A stretch of 63,952 nucleotides of DNA, the filler included, from Candidatus Eiseniibacteriota bacterium (GTDB lineage: Bacteria > Orphanbacterota > Orphanbacteria > Orphanbacterales > Orphanbacteraceae), in assembly GCA_043809585.1 (NCBI GenBank). It is 4 parts of 4 records of this genome, joined end to end, with 100 filler letters (N's around TTAATTAATTAA, not from the genome) between each part and the next. Parts side by side here need not be neighbours in the genome. Positions count along the whole stretch, not along the records: positions 58,744 to 63,952 come from JBDROZ010000065.1; 3 more parts are not named here. The stretch is one strand, 5' to 3'. Below are positions 60,875 through 63,952 of the stretch, one piece after another. Numbering within the stretch: the first letter of the stretch is position 1; every line of letters starts with the position of its first letter. A program made the position numbers and the translations under genes. Under the pieces are notes generated by a model. That model worked only from the letters and a program-made list of their open reading frames with translations, ran no database searches and was not told where the DNA came from.

Positions 60875-63800
60875 TTACCGGATCAGGACGAGGCGGCGGG
60901 TCTCTTCGAGGCCATCGAATTGGAGGCGATAGAGATAGACACCGGAGGCGGCCCGGCGGCCGTTCGCGTCGGTCCCGTCCCAGACCGCTTCGCCGGAGCC
61001 TTCCGGCGCGTCGTTGTCGAGAAGAACCCGGACGAGCGCGCCGGAGAGGTCGTGGACGGCGAGCCGCGCGCGCCCCGGACGGGGGAGGGTGAACGAGATC
61101 CGCGTCGTGCCGTTGAAGGGATTCGGTGCATTCCGCCCGAGAAGGAACCGGGGGGGCGGCGCGCCGTCCCCTGGGATCGCGGTCGTCTCGGCGACCGCGG
61201 CGATTCGTACGATGCGCGGGTCCCCCGTCGTCCCCCCCTCGGCGGCGTAGAGGTTCCCGAGCCCGTCGAAGGAGATGCAGTCGGGCCCCTCCAGGCTTAC
61301 GAACCCGCTCGCGAAGATCGAGACCGCTCCGGCCGGCCCGACGCGCACGATCTCCTGGCGCGCGGGGTTCGCGACGAAGAGGTCGCCGCCGAAGGCGCCC
61401 CGATCGTCGAACGCGAGGGCGGTGGCGCCGGAGAGGAGGGTCGCGTCGTCGGCGAAAGTGCTCGCCGCGCCGGTCGTGTCGATCCGGAAGACCTTGTGGT
61501 CGCCTCCGGTCGCGTAGAGGGCGCGCCCGAAGGAGCCGCCGCTTGCGAACGCGAGGCCGCGGACGCCGGAGAACGTCCCGGCGAACGGGGTCTTGGTCCC
61601 GGCGCCGTCGACCGAGTAGATCGAGTCCCTCACCGGGGCGCCGGCGAACGCGAGGCCGCCGAAGGCCCCGGTCGTGTCGACCGCGACCGCCCAGCCGCTC
61701 GTCGCGCTCGGGAAGGCGGCGATCTGCCGAACGAGCCCGGCGTTCGATCCGTCTAGGGCGAGGCGGAAGATTCGCGAGCGATCGGAGACGAGGAGATCCC
61801 CGCCGAACGCGCCCCCCGCGCGGTCCCGCGCGAGGGCGTCCGGCCTTCCGATTAGCGAATCGACGAGGAGCGTCTCGACGAAGCCCCGGTCGTTCCAGAG
61901 GAAGACGCGGTCCCTCGTCCGGTCGCCCACGATCATCCTCCCGTTCGGGCCGCGCTCGAGGGAGACCGGGCGCTCGAGATCGCCGTTCGGGAGCGCCTCC
62001 GCGTAGAAGCCGGAGGGGACCGCGACCGGCCCCGTCCCGGCGTCGGTCCGGAAGAAGGTCGTGAACCCCGCGCCGAGCGAGTCGCCGGAGAGAGAGCGCG
62101 CGCTCCCCCCGATCGCGAGCGTGTAGGTCGCGTGGTCGGCGAGGTCGGCGGCGGGGAGGAGAAGGAGCGTGCTCCCGATCCAGGACGCGGCGTATGCCGC
62201 GGCGGGGGAGAGGTCGAGCGCCGCCTCGACCGATGCGTGGTCCATCGGCTCGGTGAAGGTGATCTCGATCCGCGGGCGGAGGGTGGAGACGTCCGCGTCG
62301 TGCGGCGGCCACACCGCCTCCACCCACGGGGCGGGGGCCGGTGGGGAAGCCGCGAGAAGCGCCGCCGAAAGGCCGCCGATCACGATCTCGACGATGCCGG
62401 TCGAGGGAATCGTGAAGCTCCTCTCCGAGAGAAGGTCGTAGACCGTTCCCCCCGGGAGGTCCGGATCGACGGAGAGCGTGTCCGCCTCCCCCTTCGTGTT
62501 GAGAAGGACGAGGACGGTCGTTTCACCCGTCAGCTTTCGATAGTAGGAGTAAATCCCCGCTTCCTGCGCGTTCGCGATCTCGGTCTGGCCGCCGCGACGG
62601 AGGGCGGGGAACTGCCGGCGGAGCCCGTTCAGCCTCCGCACCCAACGATAGAGAGGGGCCGTCTGATCGAAGTTGTCCCCCTCCGAAGGCCCGAAGTCCC
62701 ACGATCCGTCCCACATGTCCTCGCGGTTCCAGGGGTCGCCGCCGCCGTCGAACTCCTGCTCGGTCCCGTAGTAGAGGCAGGGGACGCCGACCGAAGTGTA
62801 GAGCCACGCGAGGGCGACCTTCGCCTTCGCCTCGTCCTCCGCGGCGGAGGAGCCGAAGCCCATGAAGCGGGCGACGTCGTGGTTGTCGAGGAAGAGGACG
62901 AGGCGGTTCCGGGCGGCCGGGTCGTAGTAGACCGAGTCGGCGTACTGCCCGGAGAGCCACTCGGTCGCGCCCCCGTCCCGAAAGACCGGGTTCGTCGTGA
63001 AGTGCATCGGGAAGCGGAGGACCGAGTCGAGCGCGTAGGGCCCACCGGCCATCGTCCCTGTGTAGATCCCGTTCTTCCAGTTCGAGCCGTCGAAGATTTC
63101 ACCGTAAAGGAAAAAGCGGTCCTTGCCGAGCGAGTCGGCGGCGAAGGAGTGGACCGCCGGGGCGAACTCCTGCCAGAAGGAGAGCTCGACGTGCTTCACC
63201 GTGTCGATGCGGAAGCCGTCCGCGTCGGTCCGCTCGATGAGCCACTGGTGGGCCTCGGCGAGAGCGTCGCGGACCGCCGGCTCCTCGGTGCGGAAGTCGT
63301 CGAGGCCGAAAAGCTCGCCGAGGATCTGCTCAGGATCGACCCAGTCGTTGATGTGCCCGTTGTTGTGGTACCAGGAGAGGTCATCGAAGGGGGGGGCGGC
63401 CTTGTTCGAGGTGTTCTTCCAGCGGAGCACGTAGTCGCCCGGGTCGTGGAAGTCCGGGTAGTCCGGGTCGGCCGAGTCGATCAGGTCGCCGCCGTGGTTC
63501 GCGATGACGTCGAGGATCATGTAGAGGCCGTGCGCGTGCGCCTCGTCGATGAGCGAGACGAGGTCGCCCTCGCCGCCGAAGTGCGGGGCGAACTGATGGA
63601 AGTCCTGGATGTGGTATCCGTGGTAGGCGGCGAAGGCGTTCTTCTGGACCGGCGAGATCCAGATCGAGGTGGCGCCGAGGCCGCGGATGTAGTCGAGCTT
63701 CTCTTCGATCCCCGCCCAGTCGCCGCCGTGGATGCGGGCGCCGTCCGAGGGGTCGTAGTACCCCTCGAGGGCGTTGTTCGAGGGGTCGCCGTCGAAGAAG

Positions 63801-63919
63801 CGGTCGGTCAGGATCTGGTAGATCGATTGGTCGCGCCAGTCGTTCGGCGAGGGGGTCGCCGCCCGGAGGGGGGGCGCGAGGACGAAGAGGCCCGCTAGAA
63901 GTAGGCCCAAAGCTCGCAC
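60875..63919 (-). CDS. Secreted GH13 alpha-amylase with Ig-like (Big_5) domain, beta-propeller-like repeats and FlgD-Ig/T9SS-type CTD
   Basis: IYQILTDRFFDGD, YHGY, DVIANH, catalytic DGFRIDTVKHV / GEIF / DNHD, LYYGTEQ; ITFTEPMD; NAPNPFN...WDGTDANGRRAASGVY...RRLVLIR. Confidence 0.9.
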   Translation of the reverse strand: MRALGLLLAGLFVLAPPLRAATPSPNDWRDQSIYQILTDRFFDGDPSNNALEGYYDPSDGARIHGGDWAGIEEKLDYIRGLGATSIWISPVQKNAFAAYHGYHIQDFHQFAPHFGGEGDLVSLIDEAHAHGLYMILDVIANHGGDLIDSADPDYPDFHDPGDYVLRWKNTSNKAAPPFDDLSWYHNNGHINDWVDPEQILGELFGLDDFRTEEPAVRDALAEAHQWLIERTDADGFRIDTVKHVELSFWQEFAPAVHSFAADSLGKDRFFLYGEIFDGSNWKNGIYTGTMAGGPYALDSVLRFPMHFTTNPVFRDGGATEWLSGQYADSVYYDPAARNRLVLFLDNHDVARFMGFGSSAAEDEAKAKVALAWLYTSVGVPCLYYGTEQEFDGGGDPWNREDMWDGSWDFGPSEGDNFDQTAPLYRWVRRLNGLRRQFPALRRGGQTEIANAQEAGIYSYYRKLTGETTVLVLLNTKGEADTLSVDPDLPGGTVYDLLSERSFTIPSTGIVEIVIGGLSAALLAASPPAPAPWVEAVWPPHDADVSTLRPRIEITFTEPMDHASVEAALDLSPAAAYAASWIGSTLLLLPAADLADHATYTLAIGGSARSLSGDSLGAGFTTFFRTDAGTGPVAVPSGFYAEALPNGDLERPVSLERGPNGRMIVGDRTRDRVFLWNDRGFVETLLVDSLIGRPDALARDRAGGAFGGDLLVSDRSRIFRLALDGSNAGLVRQIAAFPSATSGWAVAVDTTGAFGGLAFAGAPVRDSIYSVDGAGTKTPFAGTFSGVRGLAFASGGSFGRALYATGGDHKVFRIDTTGAASTFADDATLLSGATALAFDDRGAFGGDLFVANPARQEIVRVGPAGAVSIFASGFVSLEGPDCISFDGLGNLYAAEGGTTGDPRIVRIAAVAETTAIPGDGAPPPRFLLGRNAPNPFNGTTRISFTLPRPGRARLAVHDLSGALVRVLLDNDAPEGSGEAVWDGTDANGRRAASGVYLYRLQFDGLEETRRLVLIR

Positions 63920-63952
63920 GTGTTTCCTTCCTGTGGGGAGCAGGCCAAGGTC

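Overview
High-GC bacterial genomic DNA in four contigs joined by artificial 100-nt N-linkers containing TTAATTAATTAA (1-29451, 29552-45967, 46068-58643, 58744-63952). Adjacency across the linkers is not evidence of linkage. Gene content (PorU/PorV, many FlgD-Ig/T9SS-type C-terminal domains, a terminal SWGxVKxLFR motif, strong Shine-Dalgarno usage) suggests an FCB-related candidate lineage such as Eisenbacteria, Krumholzibacteriota or Latescibacterota; this is inference. Contig 1 carries a minus-strand rRNA operon (16S, tRNA-Ile, tRNA-Ala, 5' part of 23S), PBP1A, an M81 peptidase, a secreted GH85, a 1.2-kb palindromic REP-bounded non-coding element, alr, an SDR, malic enzyme, mazG, and a >3390-aa acidic secreted protein followed by a PorV-like barrel fused to TSP3 repeats and OmpA. 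Contig 2 carries a beta-helix secreted protein and a ~13.3-kb island bracketed by two comM 3'-fragment/HTH units broken at the same CPCG codon. Island cargo: a PDZ-GAF-PP2C sensor, an M16 peptidase pair, a TIR-flanked HUH transposase remnant, an OmpA-PKD protein and a putative sigma54-driven PA2779-like precursor with a C39 peptidase-TPR-barrel partner. Contig 3 carries porV, porU, accA, a YjbH-like barrel, FemAB-like GNATs, a PHP protein and the SWG-tailed protein. Contig 4 carries tandem beta-helix paralogs and a secreted GH13. All family calls come from motif recognition by eye; no database searches were run.
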